Assembly: GCA_965223385.1 (NCBI GenBank)
Contig: CBDCWR010000004.1
Location: forward strand, 267,258 to 331,257
Direction of reading: 5' to 3'
From: Candidatus Multivoraceae bacterium
GTDB taxonomy: Bacteria; Acidobacteriota; Thermoanaerobaculia; Multivoradales; Multivoraceae
Length of the DNA stretch: 64,000 bases
In this document: in pieces, positions 37,118 through 45,374 of the stretch
Position numbering within the stretch: position 1 is the stretch's first letter
Layout of the letters: each line of letters begins with the position of its first letter
Notes under the pieces: model-generated
The model's database searches: none
What the model was told of the DNA's origin: nothing
The model's input: only the letters and a program-made list of their open reading frames with translations
Made by a program: the position numbers and the translations under genes

Positions 37118-38575
37118 TCAGCTCGTGAAGGCGTCTCCGGGCACCCACTCCGCGTGGAAGCCGTACGGCACCCGCTGCGGCAGGATGACGCGCGCGACCG
37201 GCTCCGACTCCATGTGCTGGGCGTCGGCGACCAGCAGCTCCGACTGGCCGGCGGCCTCGTCCCGAAGGATGGTGATGACCCAGCCCTCGTCCTCGGACTG
37301 AGCTCCCGGCTTCGGCGCGAAGACCGCCTCACCGCCGAAACGGTGAGCGCCGAAGTGGTGCGTCTGGGTGGAGCGGGCGGCATGGTCGTACTTGACCACC
37401 GCGTCGAACACGGGTGGGGTTCCCGGAAGGGTCGGGCAGAAGCGCGCGGCGTAGCCGTAGCGCGAGGGGCGCCCGATGTGCCCGGCGTGCAGACGTGGGA
37501 AGTCGGTCGGCGCGTCGTCGAGCGGGGTCTCTTTCATCTCACCGGTCGCGAGGTTGAAGCGCCACTCGTGCAGGCGGCCGAGCTCCGCGTCCTCCTGCGC
37601 CAGCGTCACGTGATGCGAGTGACCGCCGTCCTGGTCGGAGTGGCCCGGCGGGGTCGCGATGGTCGTGTGGTCTGTACGGCAGCCGACGAGCACGACCTCG
37701 TCACCCTCTTCCCACGCGTTGAGGCAGTGGAACATGTAGCAGGCGGGCCCTTCGAACCAGCGCACGTCGCCGTTGTCTCCGTGGCGCGGCACGATGCCCC
37801 AGCGCGACGGCAGCTCGGCATCGAAGTGAAACGGCAGCTCCCCGTTCATGATGCGCATCGGCTCGAAGACGAGGGGCAGGTCGAAGAAGATCGTGTGGTT
37901 CGCCGTGATGGCGAAGTCGTGCATCATGACGCCGCGCGGGATGTCGATCGGCACGATGCGGACGGTCTGTCCGTCTGGGCTCACGGTGCCGTAGTGCAGG
38001 TGCTGCGGCCCCATGGGGTTGTAGCCGAAGAAAAGCATCTCGCCGGTCTCCGGGTCGACCTTGGGGTGCGCGGTGAACGGGCAGCTCAGCTGGCCGTCCC
38101 AGGTCTTGGGGCCGACCGTCTCGAGGTCGGGCAACGAGATCTCGTGCGGCTCGCCGGCCTCCCAGAGGGCGAGCAGGCTGCCGTCGTGGTGCACCAGCGC
38201 CGTGTTCGCGACGTTCTTGCGCAACAGGCCGTGGGGAGGGTTCTCGAACTGGGGCATCTCGCCGAAGCCGCTCCACAGCTTCTTCCCGGCTTCGCGCTCG
38301 TACCCGAAGCCGACGGTGCGCACCCAGCGGTTGCGGTAGGAGGCGGCGCCGTCCTCGAGCAGCACGCCGTGGAGCATGCCGTCGCCGTCGAACCAGTGGT
38401 AGGCGTCTCCCGGCTCGAACTGCGGGTTCGGACCGGTGCGCAGAAACATGCCGTGCAGCTCGCGCGGGAGCTCGCCGATCACCTCGAGGTGGTCGGCGAA
38501 CACCTCGTCGTGCACAGGCGCGAAGTTGCCGCTGAGGAAGGGGTGCGATGTGGGCTTGGATTCGGCGACGCTCAT
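37118..38575 (-). CDS. Carotenoid/apocarotenoid cleavage oxygenase family (CCD/lignostilbene dioxygenase-like)
   Basis: N-terminus FLSGNFAPVHDEV...GELPRELHGMFLRTGPNP. Family-typical His-containing blades (HWFDGDGM, ANTALVHH, AHPKVDP, HDFAIT, FHCLNAWEE, GFHAEWVP). Confidence 0.9.
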   Translation of the reverse strand: MSVAESKPTSHPFLSGNFAPVHDEVFADHLEVIGELPRELHGMFLRTGPNPQFEPGDAYHWFDGDGMLHGVLLEDGAASYRNRWVRTVGFGYEREAGKKLWSGFGEMPQFENPPHGLLRKNVANTALVHHDGSLLALWEAGEPHEISLPDLETVGPKTWDGQLSCPFTAHPKVDPETGEMLFFGYNPMGPQHLHYGTVSPDGQTVRIVPIDIPRGVMMHDFAITANHTIFFDLPLVFEPMRIMNGELPFHFDAELPSRWGIVPRHGDNGDVRWFEGPACYMFHCLNAWEEGDEVVLVGCRTDHTTIATPPGHSDQDGGHSHHVTLAQEDAELGRLHEWRFNLATGEMKETPLDDAPTDFPRLHAGHIGRPSRYGYAARFCPTLPGTPPVFDAVVKYDHAARSTQTHHFGAHRFGGEAVFAPKPGAQSEDEGWVITILRDEAAGQSELLVADAQHMESEPVARVILPQRVPYGFHAEWVPGDAFTS

Positions 38576-38653
38576 GTCGGTTCTCCGGGGTCTGAGGGTG
38601 GGGAAGGGGGCCGAAGGCGGGTTCGTCGGGCGCGTGGCCCCGGATGGTGTCTG

Positions 38654-39184
38654 CTAGTCGGTCGACGGGTCGAAGCCGAGCGCCCAGAGGTCGACACGCT
38701 CCGGAGATTCGAGGGTCGTGCGCGCGGCACTGCTCTCGGTGACGCGGAGCGTGCTCCCCGGGTGCAGCGCACGGTTGGAGGTGGTGGCCGAGAAGTCGAG
38801 GGAGCGGTCGATGCGCGTCCAGGAGCTGACGCGGCCCTCGTGGCTGCAGGCGAACACGTGGAAGCTGTCGCTGCCTTCGAGGCCAAGCGCGGAGAACGTG
38901 GGCCAGGAGGCGTGCAGGATGGCCTCTGCCTGCACGCGCGTCGTGTACGGCGCGAGCGCCGCACACCGATCCCACGCGACGCCGGCGGCGCGCATGATCT
39001 CGTCGAGGGCGACTTCGTGACCGACCGGTCCTCCCGCGAGTGCGCTCCGCAGCTGCCCGCCGAGGTCGTCGTCGGAGGCGCAGGCGACGCCTGTGGCGAG
39101 CAGGAGGAGGAGGAGGCTCACGGCGGCGCCGGGGGCGGCGCTCGGATGGGCAGGGTGGGTCGAAGCACGTGCGCGCGGAGTCAC
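38654..39184 (-). CDS. Hypothetical secreted protein / lipoprotein
   Basis: N-terminal AAVSLLLLLLATGVACASDDD (signal with Cys). No recognisable catalytic motifs. Confidence 0.45.
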   Translation of the reverse strand: MTPRARASTHPAHPSAAPGAAVSLLLLLLATGVACASDDDLGGQLRSALAGGPVGHEVALDEIMRAAGVAWDRCAALAPYTTRVQAEAILHASWPTFSALGLEGSDSFHVFACSHEGRVSSWTRIDRSLDFSATTSNRALHPGSTLRVTESSAARTTLESPERVDLWALGFDPSTD

Positions 39185-39583
39185 GGCTCGGATCGTACCG
39201 GACCACCAGAGCCTTGCTCGAAGGTGCTCCGCCCACGAGCACGAAAAGTGCTCGCCGGGCGGTGACGTTGCACCGACCCGGCGAGCTCCCCCTTCGTTGT
39301 TCCCCCCGGGGGTGTTCGTTGCCGCCGTCTCGTATCGACGCTCCTCGCGCGGTGCGGGGTCTCGAAGCGTCGCGGCGGGCTTCCAAGGCTCCGGAGAGCC
39401 TTCGTTTGAACCTCTCTGGCCCTATAGACGACAACGCGCGACAAAAGCGGCCAAAAAAGTCCGTGAGGAGCAAAATTCTCGGGAATCGGAGCGTCGGCTC
39501 ATGCGTTTCTATGCCGTAGCGCCATGCGGCGCGGGATGTTATTGTTCGAGTTCGATGGAGCGGATCCGCCCTGGAGCACCCTC

Positions 39584-40039
39584 ATGAAGCACGTTTCGAT
39601 CGTTCTGGCCCTCGCACTCGCCGGTCTCGTTCTCGCCCCGATCGGTGGGTCCGTGCTCGGTGACTCCTCGTCCGCCCTGCTGGCGCAGGGAACGTGTGCG
39701 ACGAACGCGACCACGCTGTGCGTGAACAACGATCGCTTCGAGATCACCATCTCGTTCACCACGAACAACGGGGACAGCGGTGTCGGACAGGCGCAGAAGC
39801 TCACCGACGACACGGGCTACTTCTGGTTCTTCGACCAGGCGAACGTCGAGGTGGTCGTGAAGGTGCTCGACGGCTGTGTCATCAACGGCAAGTTCTGGGT
39901 CTTTGCGGGCGGCCTGACCGACGTCGAGGTCACCATGACCATTCGCGACACGCAGAGCGGGGCGGTGAAGACCTTCGTCAACCCGCAGAAGACGCCGTTC
40001 GATCCCGTCCAGGACACCAGCGCGTTCATGACCTGTTAG
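39584..40039 (+). CDS. Small secreted protein with a conserved uncharacterised domain (TLCVNNDRFEI...TGYFWFF...VKVLDGC..NGKFWVFAGGLTDVE)
   Basis: ATG at residue 21 with GGAG upstream. Signal MKHVSIVLALALAGLVLAP. I recall this motif pattern as recurrent in environmental bacterial proteins but cannot name a family. Confidence 0.6.
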   Translation: MKHVSIVLALALAGLVLAPIGGSVLGDSSSALLAQGTCATNATTLCVNNDRFEITISFTTNNGDSGVGQAQKLTDDTGYFWFFDQANVEVVVKVLDGCVINGKFWVFAGGLTDVEVTMTIRDTQSGAVKTFVNPQKTPFDPVQDTSAFMTC

Positions 40040-40683
40040 AGCTGGTGGATACCAGCTCCAACAGGTCCGGAGTCGATGCTCCTGCCGCTTCGCGGCATCC
40101 GCGCTCCAAGCCGCCTTCGGCGGCGTCGCTTGGCAGCTGAGGCTGATCGCTATCAGCTCCAACAGGTCTGGAGTCGATGCTCCGTTCCCTGACGGGAACT
40201 CCGCGCTCCAAGCCGCCTTCGGCGGCGTCGCTTGGCGTGGCTAGAGCTTGGTAGTGCGTAGAGTCTCTGGTGCCAAGCGCGCCCGTAGGGCGCTGCGCGG
40301 AAGCGGCGTGAGCCGCTGGAGTGTCGACCAGGGCGGAGCGGAGGCTGGTACGCACCAGCCGAGCACCGCCGGCGCTCCAAGCCGCCCTCCGGGCGTGCCC
40401 TGTGAGCACGCGTGCCCTGCGGGCACGTTGCAGTTTGGCAGACCAAACGTGCTGCGCGTCGCTGACGTGCTCGGCGTGGTCACTACCACGCCTGCGCGCG
40501 TCCTGTTCGATGCTCCTGCCGCTGCGCGGCATCCGCGCTCCAAGCTCGCTGACGCTCGCGTCGCTTGGCGGCCAGAGCTGACGCTTTGTCGGCTCCAGCA
40601 GGTCCGCGTTGATGCCCCTGTCGCTTTGCGGCATCTTGACGGGCTCCTCGCTTCGCTCCCAGCCGTCGGCGGTCGCGCCTGGG
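40040..40683 (+). repeat. Tandem array of five roughly 100-bp structured repeat units (hairpin1 - CCAACAGGTCYGGAGTCGATGCTCC - hairpin2 - TCCGCGCTCCAAGC - hairpin3 - GCGTCGCTTGG)
   Basis: Copies lie at about 40040-40134, 40135-40236, 40237-40470 (expanded and divergent), 40473-40570 and 40575-40683. Stems differ in sequence but stay complementary. Hairpin1: AGCTGGT/ACCAGCT, GCTGAT/ATCAGC, GCTGGT/ACCAGC, GGCGTGGT/ACCACGCC. Hairpin2: TGCCGC/GCGGCA versus GTTCCC/GGGAAC. Confidence 0.8.
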
Positions 40684-40750
40684 GCCGCTCCGGCGGCGTC
40701 TTGTCGCGGCTAGACTGGCTGCATGACGAGTCGAGTCGACGGGTGCGGGC

Positions 40751-41623
40751 ATGCGGACGCGTGACTTCGGGACGACCGGCTGGCGCCTGAGCGCGATCGG
40801 CTTCGGTGGGGTTCCGCTTTCGTTCGGTCAGCGGCCTGCGGAGGCGGATGCGGTCGCTCTGCTCCATCTGGCCTTCGACTGCGGCATCAACGTGGTGGAC
40901 ACCGCCAACGCCTACTGTCGCGACTCCTCGGAGGAGGGGCACAACGAGCGGCTGATCGGCCGCGCGTTGGCAAAGCTTCCCGCCGCCGAGCGCAACCGCA
41001 TCAAGGTGTTCACCAAGGGCGGATACACGCGGCCGGGCGGGGCATGGCGGCCGGACGGTCGGCCGGAGCATCTGCGGGCTGCGTGTGAGGGCTCTCTCCG
41101 CGCACTGGGCACGGAGCGCATCGACCTCTACCAGCACCACACTCCAGACCCCGACGTGCCGGTCGCCGAGACGGTCGGAGAGATGGCCCGTCTCCAGGAC
41201 GAGGGGAAGATCGAGCACATCGGCGTGAGCAACTACTCGGTCGAGCAGATCGAGGCTGCGGCGGCGATCACGACGATCCAGAGCGTGCAGAACGAGTACT
41301 CTCCCCGGCACCGGGCGCCCGAGGAGGACGGGACGCTCGCGCACACGGCGGAGAAGGGGATGGCGTTCGTGCCGTGGAGTCCCCTCGGTGGCCTCGGAGC
41401 GGCGCAGTCTCTGGCCCAGAGGCGCGGTGCGCTCGCCGAGATCTCCGCCCGGCTCGGCGTCAGCCCCCAGCGGCTCGCGCTCGCGTGGCTGCTGCACCAG
41501 GGTGAGCACGTCTTCCCCATTCCGGGCGCGAGTCGCCCAGCGACGCTGCAGGATTCAGCGCAAGCCGCCGACCTCGACCTCGAGCCCGCGGTGGTCGAGC
41601 GGCTCGCCCGCGAGCTCCGCTGA
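40751..41623 (+). CDS. Aldo/keto reductase
   Basis: MRTRDFGTTGWRLSAIGFGG. Motifs VVDTANAY, DLYQHH, IGVSNY, PIPGASR. Confidence 0.9.
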   Translation: MRTRDFGTTGWRLSAIGFGGVPLSFGQRPAEADAVALLHLAFDCGINVVDTANAYCRDSSEEGHNERLIGRALAKLPAAERNRIKVFTKGGYTRPGGAWRPDGRPEHLRAACEGSLRALGTERIDLYQHHTPDPDVPVAETVGEMARLQDEGKIEHIGVSNYSVEQIEAAAAITTIQSVQNEYSPRHRAPEEDGTLAHTAEKGMAFVPWSPLGGLGAAQSLAQRRGALAEISARLGVSPQRLALAWLLHQGEHVFPIPGASRPATLQDSAQAADLDLEPAVVERLARELR

Positions 41624-41644
41624 CTCCAGCTCCGCTCTCCCGCC

Positions 41645-42053
41645 TCACACGCTGTCGGGCGCGAGGTCCTTCACGGTCCTGCGCAGATGGTCCAGGGCAG
41701 GGGCAAGGCGGTGCCCTCGGCCGGGGAGCCTGGAGCGCGACGCGTGATGGAGAGCGACGCCGAGGGAAAAGAGGGCTGCGTCGGTCTCGAGCTGGCGCCG
41801 GCGCGCGGGGTCGTTCGTGTCGCCCGACAGTACGGCCCCGAGACCAACGGCGGATCTCGATCTCGGTCGGGAGATCGGTCCGGTTCGGACGACCGTTGAG
41901 GACCCGCAGAACGTAGCTGCCGTGGCGTGTCCTGAGCAGCCAGGCCTCGCCGCTCGCTCCCCTGCCTAGAAGTCGAGCTGGTGTGACGGCCTCGCCGATC
42001 GCCGAGGCCAACATCGCAATGAGCTGGATGTCCGGTTCGGCGCGAGCGGCCAT
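41645..42053 (-). pseudogene. Remnant of an aminoglycoside/choline-kinase-like phosphotransferase gene (N-terminal lobe, then a frame change and truncation)
   Basis: The first roughly 65 aa (LLGRGASGEAWLLRTRHGSYVLRVLNG) resemble a kinase Gly-loop and beta3 region. The frame then degenerates. The +1 frame gives a clean roughly 70-aa tail (AVGLGAVLSGDTNDPARRRQLETDAALFSLGVALHHA...LDHLRRTVKDLAPDSV*). The total is far shorter than a full APH domain. Confidence 0.3.
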
Positions 42054-42072
42054 GGGGAGCGTTCGTCCGCCT

Positions 42073-43458
42073 TCAGTTCTCCTGCAGGGCCGTGACCATG
42101 TCGATCACGGCCTGCTTGCCGTCGGCGAACAGCATCAGAGAGTTGTCGGCGGCGAAGAGTGGGTTGGGGATCCCGGCGAAGCCGGGTGAGAGAGAGCGCT
42201 TCACCACCACCACGGTGCGCGCCTTGTCCACGTCGATGATGGGCATGCCGGCGATCGGGCTGCTGGGATCCTCGCGGGCGATCGGGTTCACGACGTCGTT
42301 GGCGCCGAGCACGATCGCCACGTCCACCTGACTCATGGTGGGGTTGATGGCGTCCATCTCCACGAGCTTGTCGTAGGGGATCTCCGCCTCGGCGAGCAGC
42401 ACGTTCATGTGGCCCGGCATGCGCCCGGCGACCGGATGAATCGCAAATTCCACCTGAGAGCCTCTGTCTTCGAGCGTGTCCGTCAGGTCGCGCACGGCAT
42501 GCTGTGCCTGCGCCACCGCCAATCCGTAGCCGGGCACGATCACGACCCGCTGGGCGCCGTCGAGGAGCATCGCCACCTCGTCGGCGGAGGAGCTCTTGAC
42601 CTTGCCCGCGTAGACCTCGTCCGCGGAGGCGCCTTCGCCGGCCGCCACCGTGCCACCGCCGACCAGGACGTTGGCGAGGGAGCGGTTCATCGCCTTGCAC
42701 ATGATCTGCGTGAGGATCAGGCCGCTGGCGCCGACGAGGGAGCCGGCGATGATCAGCAGGCTGTTGTCCAGAACGAAGCCGGTGGCTGCGGCTGCGAGGC
42801 CGGAGTAGGAGTTGAGCAGCGCGATCACGACCGGCATGTCGGCACCGCCGACCGGGAGCACGACGAGCAGCCCGAGGACGCAGGAGACCCCCACCAGGAT
42901 CCAGAGGAGCTGGGTGTTGGCAGGGTCCATCGCGATCGCGGCGCACAGACCGAGCGCACCCAGGAGCAGGAGGACGTTGATCACCTGGCCACCCGGGAAC
43001 GAGATCGAGTTGCCGGTCATGACCTCCTTGAGCTTGGCCCACGCGATGATCGAGCCCGTGAGCGTGACGCCGCCGATGAGCACGGTCGCGCCGGCGGCGA
43101 TCGTGGTCTGGAGCCCCGGGTCACCTTGGGACGCGGCCTGCAGGAAGCTCGCGGTGGCGACGAGAACCGATGCAGCGCCGCCGAAGCCGTTGAAGAGCGC
43201 GACGAGCTCTGGCATGCCGGTCATCTGCACGCGGAGCGCGAGGAACGCGCCGATCGCGGTACCGACGACGAGGCCCGCGAGGATGACCCGGTAGTCGACG
43301 ATGCTCTGGTCGAGCAGAGTGACGAGAACCGCAACCAGCATGCCGCAGGAGCCGAGCAGGTTGCCGCGCACGGCCGTGCGCGGGTGCGAGAGGCCCTTGA
43401 GGCCGAGGATGAAGAGAGCGGCTGCGATCAGGTAGCCGATCTGGGCGAGCTGGCTCAT
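42073..43458 (-). CDS. pntB: NAD(P) transhydrogenase subunit beta
   Basis: MSQLAQIGYLIAAALFILGLKGLSHPRTA... Multi-TM N-terminus plus a dIII NADP(H) domain (VVIVPGYGLAVAQAQH, GANDVVNP). Confidence 0.95.
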   Translation of the reverse strand: MSQLAQIGYLIAAALFILGLKGLSHPRTAVRGNLLGSCGMLVAVLVTLLDQSIVDYRVILAGLVVGTAIGAFLALRVQMTGMPELVALFNGFGGAASVLVATASFLQAASQGDPGLQTTIAAGATVLIGGVTLTGSIIAWAKLKEVMTGNSISFPGGQVINVLLLLGALGLCAAIAMDPANTQLLWILVGVSCVLGLLVVLPVGGADMPVVIALLNSYSGLAAAATGFVLDNSLLIIAGSLVGASGLILTQIMCKAMNRSLANVLVGGGTVAAGEGASADEVYAGKVKSSSADEVAMLLDGAQRVVIVPGYGLAVAQAQHAVRDLTDTLEDRGSQVEFAIHPVAGRMPGHMNVLLAEAEIPYDKLVEMDAINPTMSQVDVAIVLGANDVVNPIAREDPSSPIAGMPIIDVDKARTVVVVKRSLSPGFAGIPNPLFAADNSLMLFADGKQAVIDMVTALQEN

Positions 43459-43737
43459 CTACTTCTTCTTCCGGAACATCGAGAGCATGCGGTTGGTGAC
43501 CAGGAAGCCGCCGACCACGTTGATCATCGCGAAGGTCACCGCGGCGAACGCAAGCGCCGTGGTCAGCTGGGAGTGCTGCGCGCCCGCGGCCAGGACGGCA
43601 CCCACGAGCGTGATGCCGGAGATGGCATTCGATCCGGACATGAGGGGCGTGTGGAGCGTCGGCGGGACCTTCGTGATCAGCTCGAAGCCGAGGAAGATCG
43701 CCATCACGAAGAGTGTGAGGGTCGTCAGGAAATCCAT
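43459..43737 (-). CDS. pntAB: NAD(P) transhydrogenase subunit alpha part 2
   Basis: 92-aa membrane protein with motifs FLGFELITKVPPTLHTPLMSGSNAISGI. Its stop abuts the pntB start. Confidence 0.9.
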   Translation of the reverse strand: MDFLTTLTLFVMAIFLGFELITKVPPTLHTPLMSGSNAISGITLVGAVLAAGAQHSQLTTALAFAAVTFAMINVVGGFLVTNRMLSMFRKKK

Positions 43738-43739
43738 GC

Positions 43740-44951
43740 TCAGGCCTTGGCTGCAGCGGGTTCGGGGGAGGAGTCCTGCGGCGGGTCCGCAGACTCGGCT
43801 TCGAGGCCGAGCTTCTCGCGCATCAACGGGTGCCGCACTTCGCCGTCTTTGGCGACGACGACGTCGTGGGTGATCTCGTCTTCGAAGTCGAACACCATCT
43901 CTCCCTCGGGCGCGAGGTGCGCGAGCAGGGTGGTCACGTTGTTCGAGAACATCTGGCTCGCGTGCCGGGCGACGGTCGACGGCAGGTCGGTCGGTCCGAA
44001 GACGGTGACGCCCTCGTGCTCGACGACCTCGTCGGCCTTCGTCACCGCGCAGTTGCCGCCGCGCTCGGCAGCGAGGTCGACGATGACGGTGCCGGGCCGC
44101 ATGCCGGCCACCATGTCGGCTTCGATCAGCAACGGCGACTGACGGCCGGGGATCGCCGCCGTGGTGATGACCACGTCCTTCTCGGCGATCACCTCGGTGA
44201 GGAACTCACGCTGACGGCGGTTGAAGTCCTCTCCCTGCGCCCGGGCGTAGCCGCCCGCGTCCTCGGCCCCTTCGGCTTCGAGTGGCAGCTGCACCGCCTT
44301 GGCGCCCAGACTTTCGATCTGCTCGCTGGCGGCGGGGCGGATGTCGTATCCCTCCACCACGGCGCCGAGCCGACGGGAGGTCGCGATGGCCTGCAGGCCA
44401 GCCACGCCAGCGCCGAGCACGAAGACCTTGGCGGCGCGGACGGTTCCGGCCGCCGTCATCATCATCGGGAACATCTGCGGAAGATGACCGGCCGCGAGCA
44501 GGACCGCCTTGTAGCCTGCGAGGGTCGCCATGGACGACAGGACGTCCATGCTCTGCGCGCGCGAGATGCGGGGGATGGTCTCGAGGGCGAGCACGTCGAC
44601 ACCCAGGCCGGCGAGCTCCGCGGTGTGCTCGGGCGTCCAGAGGGGTTCTTGAAGGCCGAGAACCGCCTGGCCTCGCTGCAGGAGCGCCAGGTCGGCGCGT
44701 CCCGCCTCGGGGTTCGCGCCCAGACCGCGCACCTGGGTGACGAGCTCTGCCGCGCCCAGGAGATCGGCGCGGCTGCCGACGATCGAGGCGCCGGCTTCTT
44801 CGAAGTCCGCATCGGGGTAGCCGGCGGGTGTCCCCGCGCCGCTCTCGACGGCGACCGTGTGTCCGGCTTGAATGAGCTTGGCCACGCTCGGCGGAGTGAG
44901 CGCGACGCGCTGTTCTCCCGGAGCGGACTCGACGGGTACTGCGATCTTCAA
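43740..44951 (-). CDS. pntAA: NAD(P) transhydrogenase subunit alpha part 1 (dI, alanine dehydrogenase-like)
   Basis: MKIAVPVESAPGEQRVALTP... Rossmann loop VLGAGVAGLQAI. Motif RISRAQSMDVLSS. Confidence 0.9.
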   Translation of the reverse strand: MKIAVPVESAPGEQRVALTPPSVAKLIQAGHTVAVESGAGTPAGYPDADFEEAGASIVGSRADLLGAAELVTQVRGLGANPEAGRADLALLQRGQAVLGLQEPLWTPEHTAELAGLGVDVLALETIPRISRAQSMDVLSSMATLAGYKAVLLAAGHLPQMFPMMMTAAGTVRAAKVFVLGAGVAGLQAIATSRRLGAVVEGYDIRPAASEQIESLGAKAVQLPLEAEGAEDAGGYARAQGEDFNRRQREFLTEVIAEKDVVITTAAIPGRQSPLLIEADMVAGMRPGTVIVDLAAERGGNCAVTKADEVVEHEGVTVFGPTDLPSTVARHASQMFSNNVTTLLAHLAPEGEMVFDFEDEITHDVVVAKDGEVRHPLMREKLGLEAESADPPQDSSPEPAAAKA

Positions 44952-45374
44952 GTGTCTGCCTCGGTGGTGTTTCGGAGATTTCGGCTCGGTGTCTCCGGGC
45001 GCTTCCGAGCCGCGTGCGGTGGAAGCGATCTCAGCTCAGGACGCGCGGCGCGCGCCTAGTGCGACTGCGGGCTCTCGGTCCGGCCGCGCATCCGCGCGGC
45101 GGGGAGGCCTTCTGCAACTCGCGGTCTGGAGATCTGGGTGGAGAAGCGTCGAGGCGGTGGCTTCCAGTCCGGAGACCAGAAGATCGGAGGCGGAACGGAG
45201 TGGTGCCGGTAGGCGCTCCGCCCAGGTGTGGGCCAGATCAGATCAGCGGCTGCTGAGGGAACGTGCAAATTCTCAGTGTAGAGCCTCGGAGCGTCAATCG
45301 CTCGGTCCCAGTTCCAACCGACCGGTCGGTTGAGAACGGGCGCGACGAGACGCGAGCGGCGCGGCCGCCTCGGC

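Noticed and set aside
37154-39473. 703-aa plus ORF and 590-aa minus ORF (37701..39473)
   Set aside because: They are shadow or off-frame ORFs over the carotenoid oxygenase and lipoprotein genes, and their composition is Arg/Gly/Pro-rich.
40026-40790. ORFs 40026..40634 (-), 40241..41509 (-) and 40248..40790 (+) across the repeat array; also the possibility of a CRISPR array or tandem small-peptide (RiPP precursor) genes
   Set aside because: The reading frame is not preserved between repeat units. The units lack the constant-repeat/variable-spacer organisation of CRISPR and no cas genes are present. An ATG inside each unit has only a 3-nt SD spacing and gives non-homologous peptides.
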